A stretch of DNA of 64,000 nucleotides. Origin: Patescibacteria group bacterium. GTDB lineage: Bacteria; Patescibacteriota; Patescibacteriia; Patescibacteriales; UBA12465. Shown here piece after piece: positions 25,561 to 35,743 of the stretch; within the stretch, counting starts at the first letter, position 1; every line of letters begins with the position of its first letter. The position numbers and the translations under genes are program-made. Under the pieces are notes generated by a model. It saw nothing but the letters and a program-made list of their open reading frames with translations. It ran no database searches and was not told where the DNA came from. The DNA lies in the NCBI GenBank assembly GCA_028687275.1, contig JAQUAK010000001.1, positions 356,213-420,212 of the forward strand. The letters run 5' to 3'.

Positions 25561-28500
25561 ATGTTTGTCCACCTACATAATCATACTCATTATTCACTAC
25601 TTGATGGTCTTACCAAGATTGACGAGTTAGTGGCGCGCGTTAAAGAAGAGGGTATGCCAGCGGTAGCTATTACTGACCATGGCGTGTTGTATGGCGCTAT
25701 TGAATTTTACCAAAAATGTAAGAAGGCAGGGGTAAAACCAATTATTGGTGTTGAAGCTTATTTAGCTCCTGGCTCGAGACATGATAAGAATACTCGTGCT
25801 GATGGACGAAGTTTTCATTTAGTTTTATTAGCTGAAAATGAGCAGGGTTATAAAAATTTGATTCAGCTGGTTTCCAAAGCTCATTTGGAAGGTTTTTATT
25901 ATAAACCGCGTATCGATTGGGAATTATTAACCCAGCATCACGAAGGTATTATTGCTATGAGCGCTTGTTTAGCTGGAGAAATTTCTCAACTTATTCTAGC
26001 TGGTGATTTAAAAAAAGCAAAAAATAGAATTCTAGAATATAGCAATTTATTTGGGCCAGATCATTATTATTTAGAATTAATGGATCATCCTGAGCTGGAA
26101 GGACAGGCAAAAGTTAATAAACAATTGATTGCTTTTTCTAAAGAATTGGGGGTTCCTTTGGTCGCTACTAATGATTCTCACTATCTCAACGTAGATGATG
26201 CTGAGGCACAAGATATTTTATTATGTATACAGAATAAGAAGAAGATTGATGACACTGATAGAATGAGTATGATGGGAAAAGGAGATTATTCTTTTCGTTC
26301 GGTAGCCGATATGAAGAAAGCTTTTGCACATCTACCAGAGGCAATTAGCAATACAGTGAAAATTGCGGAAATGTGTAATGTGGAAATTCCGCTTGGTGAA
26401 ACCCAATTACCTTATTTTGATGTGCCTAATGGCTATGATGGTGATTCTTATTTACGTTATTTATGTGAAAAGGGTTTGGAGAAGAAATATACAATTTTTA
26501 AAAAAGAAGGGGAATACAGACTTGAAAATAAAAATCATGAAATAGTTAAATTATTAGGTCAGGATAAAATTATTGAAAGACTCGATTATGAGCTAGGAGT
26601 GATTGCTAAGATGGGCTGGCCAGCTTACTTCTTAATCGTGTCTGACTTTGTTAACTGGTCTAAGAATAATAAAATTGTGGTTGGCCCAGGTCGCGGTAGT
26701 GCGGCTGGGTCTTTAGTTTGTTATCTAACCGGTGTTACCAATCTCGATCCCTTACAATATGACTTACTCTTTGAGCGCTTTTTAAATCCTGATCGCATTT
26801 CGATGCCTGATATTGATATGGATTTTGCCGATATTCGTCGGGCAGATGTTTTAAATTATGTGGCTGAAAAATATGGGCACGATCACGTTTCTCAAATTAT
26901 TACTTTTGGAACCATGGCCGCTCGTGCGGCAGTGCGTGATGTCGGTCGAGTTTTAGGGGCCCCTTATGAATACTGTGATAAGATTTCTAAAAGTATTCCG
27001 ATGTTTACTTCATTGAGTAAAGCCCTCTCTGATGTTCCCGAAGTAAAAGAGATGTATCGCAATGAACCGGAAGCTAAAAGAATTCTTGACTACGCTAAGC
27101 GCTTAGAAGGGGTGGCTCGCCATAGCTCAACTCATGCTTGTGGTGTTCTAATTACTCCCAAGCCTCTAACGGAATATGTGCCAGTGCAATATGCATCCTC
27201 AGCGGATAAGAGCGTTATCTCGCAATATTCTTTGCATCCAGTCGAAGATCTTGGTCTTTTAAAGATGGACTTTTTGGGGTTGAAGAACTTAACTATTATT
27301 GAGTCTGCCTTAAGGATTATTAAAAAGACTCGCGGTTTAGAAATAGATATTGATAACTTGCCTTTACATGATAAGCCGGCTTTTGAGTTATTTCAAAAAG
27401 GAGAAACAACCGGTGTTTTTCAGTTTGAATCATCAGGGATGAAACGTTATTTACGTGAATTAAAGCCAACGGAGTTTGAAGATATTATTGCTATGGTAGC
27501 ACTTTATCGTCCTGGTCCAATGGAGTGGATTCCGGACTATATTACTGGTAAGCACAAAGATAAAAAAGTTGAATATTTGCATGAAAAATTAGAGCCAATT
27601 TTAGCTCGAACTTACGGCGTCGCCATCTACCAAGAGCAAGTCATGCAAATTGCTCGTTCTTTAGCCGGGTTTACACCAGGTGAGGCTGATGTTTTACGTA
27701 AGGCCATGGGTAAAAAAATTCCTGCTCTATTAGCTGAACAAAAAGAAAAATTTATCGATGGCTGTGTTAAGAATGGTATTTTTAAGGAGTTGGCGGAAAA
27801 AGTTTTTTCATTTATTGAGCCTTTCGCTGGTTATGGGTTTAATCGTAGTCACGCTGCTTGTTATGCGATGATTGGCTACCAGACTGCTTATTTGAAGGCT
27901 CATTGGCCGGTTGAGTTTATGGCTGCTCTATTAACCTCCGACCAGCACGATAGTGATCGCGTGGCCATTGAGATAGAAGAGTGTCGCAGCATGGGACTGA
28001 AGGTAATGGCGCCAGATATTAATGAGTCTTTTGCCTCTTTTACCGTGGTAACGGCAGGCACCAAAGAAAATCGCAGCGTGCAGTCAGGGGAAGTGGTGGA
28101 CACTATTCGTTTTGGTTTAAATGCTATCAAAAATATTGGCGAACATATTATTGAAATTATTATTGAAGAACGTAAGCAGGGCGGTGCTTTCAAAGATATT
28201 TTTGATTTACTAGAACGTATTAATGACCGTGATTTAAATAAAAAATCCTTAGAAAGTTTGATTAAGAGCGGTGCCTTGAGTAGCTTTGGCGAGCAAGCAA
28301 TGCTTTTAGCCAATTCGGAACGTTTCCTTATTTTTAATAAAGATATTTCCAAGCAAGTCGAGAGTCGTCAGGTTACTCTTTTTTCGGCTTCATCGAGTTT
28401 TGATCATCTGGCCAGACCTCAATTGTTAGAATCAGAACCAGTGGACCCAATGTTAAAATTATCTTGGGAAAAAGATTTGCTCGGTCTTTATATTAGCGAT

Positions 28501-29226
28501 AATCCCTTATCCATGTTTTTGCCTTTCTTAGGAAATTTTAGTGTGCCTTTGATTCGTTTAAAACAACATCGTGGTGATGAAAGTCTGGTTGTGGCTGGGG
28601 TTATCACGTCACTTAAAAAAATTATTACTCGTAAAGGCGAATCAATGCTGTTTGTAAAAATTGAGGATAAAAATGCCAGTGTTGAATTATTAATATTTCC
28701 CAGATTATTAAAAACAAGCGCTGAATTATGGGAAGAAGGTTCTTTGGTTATTGTGCGTGGAAAACTATCTGAAAAAGACTCTGATTTAAAAATATTAGTT
28801 GATCAGGTTGGCCCACTTTGGCCAGAAAAACCACAAGAGTCCATTGATAATTTTAAACGAGTATTATTAGATAATAAAAGTGTTAAGCGCTGGAGTAGCC
28901 CTTTTACTGATAGAAATAAAAATGAAAACAAGGTTGAAATACCAGTGACAGCTAGCGTGAAGGCAGAAAAATCAACCGCTGAGATTGAGCCTAGTTTACG
29001 TATCGTTTTTAAAAATCCGCCAACGACGGAAGAGCAAAAATCCTTAAAAGCAGCCTTGGATGACTTTAGCGGGGAAAATTCTGTTTATTTACGGGTGCCG
29101 GCAAATAAGCAGGATAATGTGATTAAGATTGCTACTCTAGTTGATAATAGTTCTGATTTAAGAGAGCTCTTGCGTCATAATTTTTCTGATGATGTGCAAA
29201 TTATTGAGCCAGGAAATGATATTTAA
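25561..29226 (+). CDS. dnaE: DNA polymerase III alpha subunit
   Basis: MFVHLHNHTHYSLLDG PHP domain, PDIDMDF, and the GYGFNRSHAACYA finger region. 1221 aa. Confidence 0.97.
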   Translation: MFVHLHNHTHYSLLDGLTKIDELVARVKEEGMPAVAITDHGVLYGAIEFYQKCKKAGVKPIIGVEAYLAPGSRHDKNTRADGRSFHLVLLAENEQGYKNLIQLVSKAHLEGFYYKPRIDWELLTQHHEGIIAMSACLAGEISQLILAGDLKKAKNRILEYSNLFGPDHYYLELMDHPELEGQAKVNKQLIAFSKELGVPLVATNDSHYLNVDDAEAQDILLCIQNKKKIDDTDRMSMMGKGDYSFRSVADMKKAFAHLPEAISNTVKIAEMCNVEIPLGETQLPYFDVPNGYDGDSYLRYLCEKGLEKKYTIFKKEGEYRLENKNHEIVKLLGQDKIIERLDYELGVIAKMGWPAYFLIVSDFVNWSKNNKIVVGPGRGSAAGSLVCYLTGVTNLDPLQYDLLFERFLNPDRISMPDIDMDFADIRRADVLNYVAEKYGHDHVSQIITFGTMAARAAVRDVGRVLGAPYEYCDKISKSIPMFTSLSKALSDVPEVKEMYRNEPEAKRILDYAKRLEGVARHSSTHACGVLITPKPLTEYVPVQYASSADKSVISQYSLHPVEDLGLLKMDFLGLKNLTIIESALRIIKKTRGLEIDIDNLPLHDKPAFELFQKGETTGVFQFESSGMKRYLRELKPTEFEDIIAMVALYRPGPMEWIPDYITGKHKDKKVEYLHEKLEPILARTYGVAIYQEQVMQIARSLAGFTPGEADVLRKAMGKKIPALLAEQKEKFIDGCVKNGIFKELAEKVFSFIEPFAGYGFNRSHAACYAMIGYQTAYLKAHWPVEFMAALLTSDQHDSDRVAIEIEECRSMGLKVMAPDINESFASFTVVTAGTKENRSVQSGEVVDTIRFGLNAIKNIGEHIIEIIIEERKQGGAFKDIFDLLERINDRDLNKKSLESLIKSGALSSFGEQAMLLANSERFLIFNKDISKQVESRQVTLFSASSSFDHLARPQLLESEPVDPMLKLSWEKDLLGLYISDNPLSMFLPFLGNFSVPLIRLKQHRGDESLVVAGVITSLKKIITRKGESMLFVKIEDKNASVELLIFPRLLKTSAELWEEGSLVIVRGKLSEKDSDLKILVDQVGPLWPEKPQESIDNFKRVLLDNKSVKRWSSPFTDRNKNENKVEIPVTASVKAEKSTAEIEPSLRIVFKNPPTTEEQKSLKAALDDFSGENSVYLRVPANKQDNVIKIATLVDNSSDLRELLRHNFSDDVQIIEPGNDI

Positions 29227-29363
29227 TCAAATTTTATTTTATTAATTCATAAATAAATTGTTAGGTGTCAAAAAATTTGTTATAATAGAAAAGATTGAAT
29301 CATCTTAAGTGATGTGTTTAAATTTTTTTATATTAAACCGGCTTGTCCGGAGGAAACAAGCTT

Positions 29364-30851
29364 ATGCCAAAATTAAAAAAAGAAACTGGCGCAAAAACTA
29401 GCGTTAAAAAAACGAAAAAAAAGACCGTTAAAAAAACGCCGGCTAAGTCAGTTGTTAAAAAAATAGATAAAACAGAGGATAAGCCTTTGCCTAAAGCAAG
29501 GCCTATTACTATTGATGTCATTGCTGATGACGAAGATATTTTATCGAGACAAAGTTTTTCATCTTTGCCAGAGGATAATGCCGAAGAAAGGGAGGGTATG
29601 GATGTACAGAAAAAATTCTTTTCTGATTTAGTAGCTGAAATTAAAGATAATAAAAATAAAAAAATGGAAGATAATAATTTACCTTTTCCAGCTGGTAAAA
29701 TCCCCACTAAGGTAAAGACTGCTAAATCTTTAGGTCTTTATCGTCGTATTGCTACACAGTTTATTTTGTTAACAGCAATCTTATTATTGGTAGTTGCCTA
29801 TTTCTTTTTACCAAGTTTAAAAATTTCTCTTCACCCAGCTGCTGAAGCAGTGGTTGACACTCTAAGTTTCCAGGTTGTTTCTTCAAATTCAGTTGAGGCA
29901 GAAACCAATGCTAGTCGTAGCATTACCGGTCAATTACGCAGCCTGCCTTTAAGCGCTGAAAAAGTTTATGAGGCTAGTGGTGAAGAAATTTTGGGTGAAG
30001 AAATAGCTGGAGAAGTAACTCTTTATAATGAGTATAATAAGGATCAGCCTCTAGTTATAAAAACTCGTTTATTGAGTCCAGACAATAAATTATTTAGAAT
30101 AAAAGAAGCGGTTACGGTCCCGGCTGGCGGTAGCGTTAAAGTTGCTATTTATGCAGATGAAGTTTCTGCTGAAATGGCAATCGCTCCGACTAGATTTACT
30201 ATTCCTGGTCTTTGGGTTGGTTTGCAAGACAAAATTTATGCCACTAGCGATAAAGCTTTTGAATATAAACATCAGATTAAATATTACGTAAAGCAGAGAG
30301 ACTTAGATCAGGCTATAAATGATATTAAGGCTACTTTAGACACCAAAGCTCAGGCAACGATTGATTCTTTGGGTGGCTCAGCCCAGGCCTTGGCTTATAA
30401 GCTGGACAAAGATATTACCACCATAGAGTTAGGAGCAAAATTAGGCGAAGAGACTCCGGAATTTACAGTTTCTGCTAGTAATAATTTGACTCTAAGCTTT
30501 TTCTCTAAGACTGAGGCTGAAGCTTTAGTTAAAGCCAAGCTCGCTTTCTTATTGCCGGATGATAAGAAATTGTCTGATTTCAATAGCGATGATATTGCTT
30601 ATCGCTTGGATTTGTTCGATGCTGACGCTGATGTGGCCACTGTAACCGCTAGTTTTAGAGGGAGTATGTCTTTACGCACCGATGCCGACATCATTGATCG
30701 GAGACAATTAGTTAATCTTAATAAGGCTCAAATTTCAGAATATTTGAAAGCCTATCCAGAGATTGATTCTTTTAATTTAGAATTTTTTCCCAGTTTTATG
30801 AATCGAGCTCCAAGCCTGTCTGATCGTATTAAAGTAGAGGTTGTGCAATAA
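29364..30851 (+). CDS. Hypothetical membrane-anchored protein with Lys-rich N-terminus
   Basis: ATG 29364 is preceded by GGAGGA (29349-29354). MPKLKKETGAKTSVKKTKKKTVKK..., one TM (FILLTAILLLVVAYFFL), and a ~330-aa extracytoplasmic region. Confidence 0.7.
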   Translation: MPKLKKETGAKTSVKKTKKKTVKKTPAKSVVKKIDKTEDKPLPKARPITIDVIADDEDILSRQSFSSLPEDNAEEREGMDVQKKFFSDLVAEIKDNKNKKMEDNNLPFPAGKIPTKVKTAKSLGLYRRIATQFILLTAILLLVVAYFFLPSLKISLHPAAEAVVDTLSFQVVSSNSVEAETNASRSITGQLRSLPLSAEKVYEASGEEILGEEIAGEVTLYNEYNKDQPLVIKTRLLSPDNKLFRIKEAVTVPAGGSVKVAIYADEVSAEMAIAPTRFTIPGLWVGLQDKIYATSDKAFEYKHQIKYYVKQRDLDQAINDIKATLDTKAQATIDSLGGSAQALAYKLDKDITTIELGAKLGEETPEFTVSASNNLTLSFFSKTEAEALVKAKLAFLLPDDKKLSDFNSDDIAYRLDLFDADADVATVTASFRGSMSLRTDADIIDRRQLVNLNKAQISEYLKAYPEIDSFNLEFFPSFMNRAPSLSDRIKVEVVQ

Positions 30852-30874
30852 AGAATAATAAGTTTATTGATTTT

Positions 30875-30905
30875 AAAAAAGATCGTTAATAACGGTCTTT
30901 TTTTA
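30875..30905 (+). terminator. Rho-independent terminator
   Basis: GATCGTT / AACGGTC stem (one G.U), T-run. Confidence 0.7.
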
Positions 30906-31025
30906 ATTTTAGATTACTGATATTGTTTAGTCTCATATATGCTATTGACAATTATACAATAAATTGATAAATTTTTTAGTTACAGAAAATCTGTAACGTG
31001 TACTTTACAAAAAAAAGCAAAGAAT

Positions 31026-31871
31026 ATGAGAAAAAAACTAATTTTTGGTGTGTTTTTAGTTATTGTGGTGACATTTTCACCTAATGCTAAGGCTCAATGG
31101 GAACCGGCAGTATTTGCCGGACATGGTTATATGACCGATGTTTCTGGTTATGGAAATTACACCTACCTCCAGGGAGGAATGGCTAAGAAAGTAAAATCTC
31201 ATCGAACAGGCTTGTTTTTAAGTACAGTTTATGTCGATGTGGATTTTAATAACTACCGTTACAGAGCAACTGAGGGTGGCATTGGTTTCTCTTACGACAC
31301 CTGGAAAAAAGTGTCTGAGAATTTTACCATATCCTTTTGGTTTAATCCGGCTGTCAAGTATTTTGCCGATCATGGTGAAAATTACTCCAACAGTGAGGAG
31401 GCCTTTCAACAAGATATTGGGGCCAATATTGTTACCGGTATTAATCTGAATGATAAGCTGAACCGCTGGTTCCGGAGTTATAAATTCCAGACCCAGTACC
31501 AGCAGCCTTTCTGGTCAGCGCGGCAAGGAACCTGGGCGGGCGACAACGGTTATCTGTCTGATAAAGTTAACTTCAAGGCAGTTAATAAAGTCTACCTAAA
31601 ATCCCAGTTCGAGGTGATTGTAAAAAAGATCACCACCTCTAAGCAGCTACAAATTGAACCAAAGTTAGTTGCTGGTTATCAACTCAACGGAGTTGGAGAG
31701 ATTATGTACGAAACTGGGGCTGGATTTGGCTTTTCATTTATGAAGGGCGACAGATACTACGAGGTGGGCTCATTTCAGTACCGGGTAAGAACCGGTCAGC
31801 ATGTACAAGAGCCACTAACCTTATTTGAGCTTGGTATTAATTTTATAAATACCTGGACACTCATATTCTAA
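31026..31871 (+). CDS. Secreted protein with outer-membrane beta-barrel-like features (compositional outlier)
   Basis: Signal peptide MRKKLIFGVFLVIVVTFSPNAKAQ. Aromatic/Gly-rich alternating strands. C-terminal ...INTWTLIF ends in Phe. G+C is 27/60 and 37/60 in lines 31441 and 31501. Confidence 0.7.
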   Translation: MRKKLIFGVFLVIVVTFSPNAKAQWEPAVFAGHGYMTDVSGYGNYTYLQGGMAKKVKSHRTGLFLSTVYVDVDFNNYRYRATEGGIGFSYDTWKKVSENFTISFWFNPAVKYFADHGENYSNSEEAFQQDIGANIVTGINLNDKLNRWFRSYKFQTQYQQPFWSARQGTWAGDNGYLSDKVNFKAVNKVYLKSQFEVIVKKITTSKQLQIEPKLVAGYQLNGVGEIMYETGAGFGFSFMKGDRYYEVGSFQYRVRTGQHVQEPLTLFELGINFINTWTLIF

Positions 31872-31954
31872 GAGCAAGTTATTACCCAGCTGAATAAAGG
31901 CTGGGTTTTTAATTGTTTTAAGGTTATCTTTATATTAGTCGATTCTTAAATATA

Positions 31955-31979
31955 AAAAAGCGGGTTTAACCCGCTTTTA
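31955..31979. terminator. Bidirectional terminator between convergent genes
   Basis: AAAAGCGGGT TTA ACCCGCTTTT. Confidence 0.8.
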
Positions 31980-31995
31980 TATTTTTATTTGTAAT

Positions 31996-32961
31996 TTAAA
32001 AAGAGAAGATGCCCAACATTCTACTTTTATTTCTGTCAACTTTCTTGATACTTGGTTTAGCCTTTAAGATATTAATAGCTTCTTGGTGAGTGGCCTGACC
32101 GTGGAGCATGGCGGCAATCGCCTTGCCTAAAGAGCTGGCTTCTTCAAGCGAACGCTGGTGCATATTACGACCAATGGCGAGGCCAGAAGAGCCAGTCTTT
32201 AACTGCCTGTCTAAATGTTTTAAAAGGGAGGCAGAGTCTTGTTTGCTCCCGCCTACACAAATTACTTTTGTCTTACCAGCCGCAGCTATTACTTCTTTGA
32301 AGGCCTCAGATTTCTTATCGCTAGTGGCTATTTTGTATGGATATTTAACTTTAACAAAATCTGCCCCTAGACAAGCGGCCACGCCAGCACCACCAGCAAT
32401 TAAATGTGGATCGTCTTCATTTTTAATCTTAGAATTACGAGGATACATCCAAATGATGGCTAAAAGGCCATTTTGATGGGCGACATTAATCATTTCTGCT
32501 GCTTCTTTTAGCATCTGTGCCTCCTGGCTACTACCTAAATAAATAGTATAGCCAAGTCCAACAATATTTAGTTTACTTTGTTTTTTAAAGCGGATAATCT
32601 TATCCATGTCTAGCCAAGCTGAACTAATTGCCTCATCTGTTTTTGAATTAAGCGGGCTCTTGCCGTTTATTTTGAGAATGAAGGGCAGCTGTTTATAGTC
32701 TTGTCCGTAGTGAGATAGAAGGCCAATGTGTGTAGCTAAAACTGCTCCCGGAACCTGAGCGGCAATTTTGAATAGATGCTCTGGATTAGCGTCTTCTGGA
32801 CTGATACCAGCTCCATAGAAGTCATTATTTAAATGCTCCACCTTCTGATCGCCAGCAAATAGAAATAGACGCCCAGTATTTTTAGTGGCTAGTTTATAGT
32901 TTTTTAAATAAGTTTCCTGTTGGCCCTTAGGCACAGAAAGAGGGATAGAAATTTTTGTCAT
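31996..32961 (-). CDS. Class I fructose-bisphosphate aldolase (DhnA/archaeal-type, DeoC/LacD superfamily)
   Basis: LFLFAGDQKVEHLN...GADFVKVKYP (Schiff-base Lys context)...ICVGGSK...GLAIGRN. Confidence 0.75.
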   Translation of the reverse strand: MTKISIPLSVPKGQQETYLKNYKLATKNTGRLFLFAGDQKVEHLNNDFYGAGISPEDANPEHLFKIAAQVPGAVLATHIGLLSHYGQDYKQLPFILKINGKSPLNSKTDEAISSAWLDMDKIIRFKKQSKLNIVGLGYTIYLGSSQEAQMLKEAAEMINVAHQNGLLAIIWMYPRNSKIKNEDDPHLIAGGAGVAACLGADFVKVKYPYKIATSDKKSEAFKEVIAAAGKTKVICVGGSKQDSASLLKHLDRQLKTGSSGLAIGRNMHQRSLEEASSLGKAIAAMLHGQATHQEAINILKAKPSIKKVDRNKSRMLGIFSF

Positions 32962-33026
32962 AAGACTTGGTTTATAAAGTTAAATATTTATGATATAATC
33001 AGAATATTCTTAATTATAACATAAAT

Positions 33027-33947
33027 ATGACAGATAAGGATAGAGTGAAAAAAGAAGCCAATCTAAATAAATATGAGGATTTAGAGGGCATGACCTTAAA
33101 CAAAATGAAACTTGGTTTATGGTTGTCTTTAAATAGAAAACGCATTTGGCGTTTTACTATAATTGCCTTGATGGCGGTCTCTGCTTTGATGTTGATCTAT
33201 TCGACTTATCATTATGCTCATTACTTTTTATATGGCCGACAAGCGGATAAAGATTTATTGAGCGAAGTCACTAGTAATCAGATTGATGTTAGCGCTTATC
33301 GTGAGGCCACCAGTCCAACAGAAATGTTGATTGGTAATATTTCAACTTTTTCAGTGCAGGGTAAGTATGACTTTTTAATTCCTGTAAGCAATCCTAATCT
33401 TAAGCACACCGGATTTTTCAAATATTGTCTTCAGGATGAGGCTGATAACAATATTCTTTGTGAGAGTAATTTTATTTTACCAGGGGCTAATAAGAATATT
33501 ATTATTGTTGGACAGAAATTATCTGCCAAGCCACAGAATCTGAAGTTAGTTGTTAGTGATTTATTTTGGCAGCGCTTGAATGCTCATAATATTCCTGATT
33601 GGCAGGCTTATCAAAATGAACATTTAAATTTGCAGATTAGTAACTTAAAATATACCGCTCCCGAAAATGGTAGCAAAAGTCCTTTTCATACTTTAAGCTT
33701 TACGGCTACTAATTTTAGCTCTTATCATTTAGCTCGTTTGCCCTTAGACATCCTTCTTTATAATGGCAACTCAGTCAGTGGTGTTAATATCTATAATTTG
33801 GACAATTTCTTATCCGGGGAAGCCCGAGATCTTAGTTTTTCTTGGTTGGCAGCAGGGGAACGTGTTAGCCGAGTGGAAATTATTCCAGATGCTAATTTAC
33901 TAGATGCTCAGATTTATTTACCTTATCAGGGAGAAGTTCAGCCCTAA
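33027..33947 (+). CDS. Hypothetical single-TM protein immediately upstream of the SEDS gene
   Basis: One TM (FTIIALMAVSALMLIY) and a ~230-aa external domain. Its stop codon abuts the next ATG. Confidence 0.65.
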   Translation: MTDKDRVKKEANLNKYEDLEGMTLNKMKLGLWLSLNRKRIWRFTIIALMAVSALMLIYSTYHYAHYFLYGRQADKDLLSEVTSNQIDVSAYREATSPTEMLIGNISTFSVQGKYDFLIPVSNPNLKHTGFFKYCLQDEADNNILCESNFILPGANKNIIIVGQKLSAKPQNLKLVVSDLFWQRLNAHNIPDWQAYQNEHLNLQISNLKYTAPENGSKSPFHTLSFTATNFSSYHLARLPLDILLYNGNSVSGVNIYNLDNFLSGEARDLSFSWLAAGERVSRVEIIPDANLLDAQIYLPYQGEVQP

Positions 33948-35060
33948 ATGTTTATGTGGACAAGAATTAAGCTCTATTTGCAAGCTTTTGATTGGCTGCT
34001 CTTAGCCGCCGCTGTTTTGCTTTCAGCCTTTGGTTTAATGGAAATATATAGTGTTGCCCTAGGCCAGGGAGATCTCAATCTGCTTAATTTTTATAAGCAG
34101 ATTTTGTTTGTTAGTATCGGGCTAGTTTTAATGTTCATTTTTACTTTTATTGACTACCGTTTTTTAAAAAGCATACGTAGTTATCTCTATGTAATTGGAG
34201 CCTTGTTACTCGTGGCAGTTTTAGTTTTAGGTTCTGATATTCGTGGTACTCGTGGTTGGTTTTATATAGCCGGTTTCGGTATTCAGCCAGTAGAAATAAT
34301 AAAATTAATTTTATTAATATTTCTATCAGGTTATTTTGCTGACTTGGCCACTAGAGTTAAAACTTTGCGTCATTTTGTGATATCTGCTTTAAGTGTTGGT
34401 TTTTTAGTCTTTTTAGTCTTATTGCAACCCGATTTTGGTTCAGCTTTAATTTTAGGGGCCATTTGGTTAGTTTTAGTTATTTTAGCCGGATTTCCAAGAA
34501 AATATTTAGTCGCCATCTTTGCCTCTGCTTTAATATTATTTGTATTGGCTTGGTCGTTTTTCTTTAAACCTTATCAAAAAAACCGTGTTTTAACCTTTGT
34601 TAACCCTGGTGATAATGCCTTAGTGGAGGGTTATAATATATCTCAGGCTATTATTGCCGTTGGCTCCGGTTCTTGGTATGGTAAGGGGGTTGGCCTTGGT
34701 TCTCAGTCACAGTTAAAATTTTTACCGGAAGCACAAAATGACTTTATTTTTGCTGTTATTGCTGAAGAATTAGGTTTTTTTGGAGTCAGCTTAGTTCTAT
34801 TGTTTTTTTCTTTATATTTTAGCCGTTGTCTTGCCGCCGTGAAGCGTTTGCCCAATGATTTCAGTACTTATTTTGTTTTAGGGGCGATGGGCTTGATTTT
34901 TATCCAAATGTTTATTAATATTGGTATGAACATTGGAATTATGCCAGTGGTAGGTTTGTCTTTACCGTTTATCAGTTATGGTGGCAGTTCTATATTTCTT
35001 CTCTTCATTTTAACTGGTATTATTGAGAATATTATTATTAAATCAAAAATTAATTATTAG
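33948..35060 (+). CDS. SEDS-family peptidoglycan glycosyltransferase (FtsW/RodA/SpoVE)
   Basis: 10-TM profile, RGWFYIAGFGIQPVEIIKL, PEAQNDFIFAVIAEELGFFG, LPFISYGGSS. Confidence 0.9.
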   Translation: MFMWTRIKLYLQAFDWLLLAAAVLLSAFGLMEIYSVALGQGDLNLLNFYKQILFVSIGLVLMFIFTFIDYRFLKSIRSYLYVIGALLLVAVLVLGSDIRGTRGWFYIAGFGIQPVEIIKLILLIFLSGYFADLATRVKTLRHFVISALSVGFLVFLVLLQPDFGSALILGAIWLVLVILAGFPRKYLVAIFASALILFVLAWSFFFKPYQKNRVLTFVNPGDNALVEGYNISQAIIAVGSGSWYGKGVGLGSQSQLKFLPEAQNDFIFAVIAEELGFFGVSLVLLFFSLYFSRCLAAVKRLPNDFSTYFVLGAMGLIFIQMFINIGMNIGIMPVVGLSLPFISYGGSSIFLLFILTGIIENIIIKSKINY

Positions 35061-35107
35061 CCGCCGAAAAGCTGAGACTGTTTAGCCGAGGTGAGCCAGA
35101 TAAAAGT

Positions 35108-35734
35108 ATGGAATTAAAATTATCTGCCGAAGTTAGGGCAAAAGATGAAAAACTTGAAAAGGATTTAATCCCTGGAGTTGTCTATGGACGTGGTCTTGAA
35201 AGTCGCTCCCTTAAATTAAATTACAATGCCTTTGCTAAGGTTTTTGCAGAAGCGGGGGAATCAAACTTAATCACTTTAAATTTAGGTGGCAAGGACATTC
35301 CTGTTTTAGTTAAGGCTACTCAGAAACACCCACTTAAAAGCACTTACACTCATATTGATTTCTATGAAGTAAATATGAAGGAAGAAGTTAAGGCGGAAGT
35401 CCCGTTAGAGTTTATTGGTGAATCTAAAGTTGTTAAGGAGGGTAGTGGTATTTTCTCAGTTATTATTGATCAAATCGGAGTTGAATGTTTGCCTGGCGAC
35501 TTAGTGGATCACATTGATGTTGATATTAGTGTTTTAGCAGAATTTGGTGATGCCATTCGTTTAAGCGACATCGTTCTACCAAAAGGTATGACTTTAATGC
35601 AGGATGATACTGCTGTTGTTTGTATGGTTGAAGAGCCAAATAAAGTAGAGGAGGTTGTGAAGGAAGAAGTGGTTGAAGAAAAAGATGCTAAAGCCAGTGA
35701 AGGTGAGGTTAAGGAGGAAGAAGAAAAGAAATAA
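35108..35734 (+). CDS. rplY: Ribosomal protein L25/Ctc with acidic/lysine-rich tail
   Basis: ELKLSAEVR...IPGVVYGRG...HIDFYEV. C-terminal EEVVKEEVVEEKDAKASEGEVKEEEEKK. Confidence 0.9.
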   Translation: MELKLSAEVRAKDEKLEKDLIPGVVYGRGLESRSLKLNYNAFAKVFAEAGESNLITLNLGGKDIPVLVKATQKHPLKSTYTHIDFYEVNMKEEVKAEVPLEFIGESKVVKEGSGIFSVIIDQIGVECLPGDLVDHIDVDISVLAEFGDAIRLSDIVLPKGMTLMQDDTAVVCMVEEPNKVEEVVKEEVVEEKDAKASEGEVKEEEEKK

Positions 35735-35743
35735 ATTGAAAAT

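Noticed and set aside
27900-28352. Antisense or out-of-frame ORFs inside strong genes (27900..28352 in dnaE, 32108..32476 in the aldolase, 15063..15380, 17428..17709, 29333..29707, 37247..37495, 37816..38097, 38244..38444, 46841..47185, 50290..50595, 58583..59101 and others)
   Set aside because: Each lies entirely within a longer ORF that has clear homology or coherent domain structure. Their compositions are typical of shadow frames.
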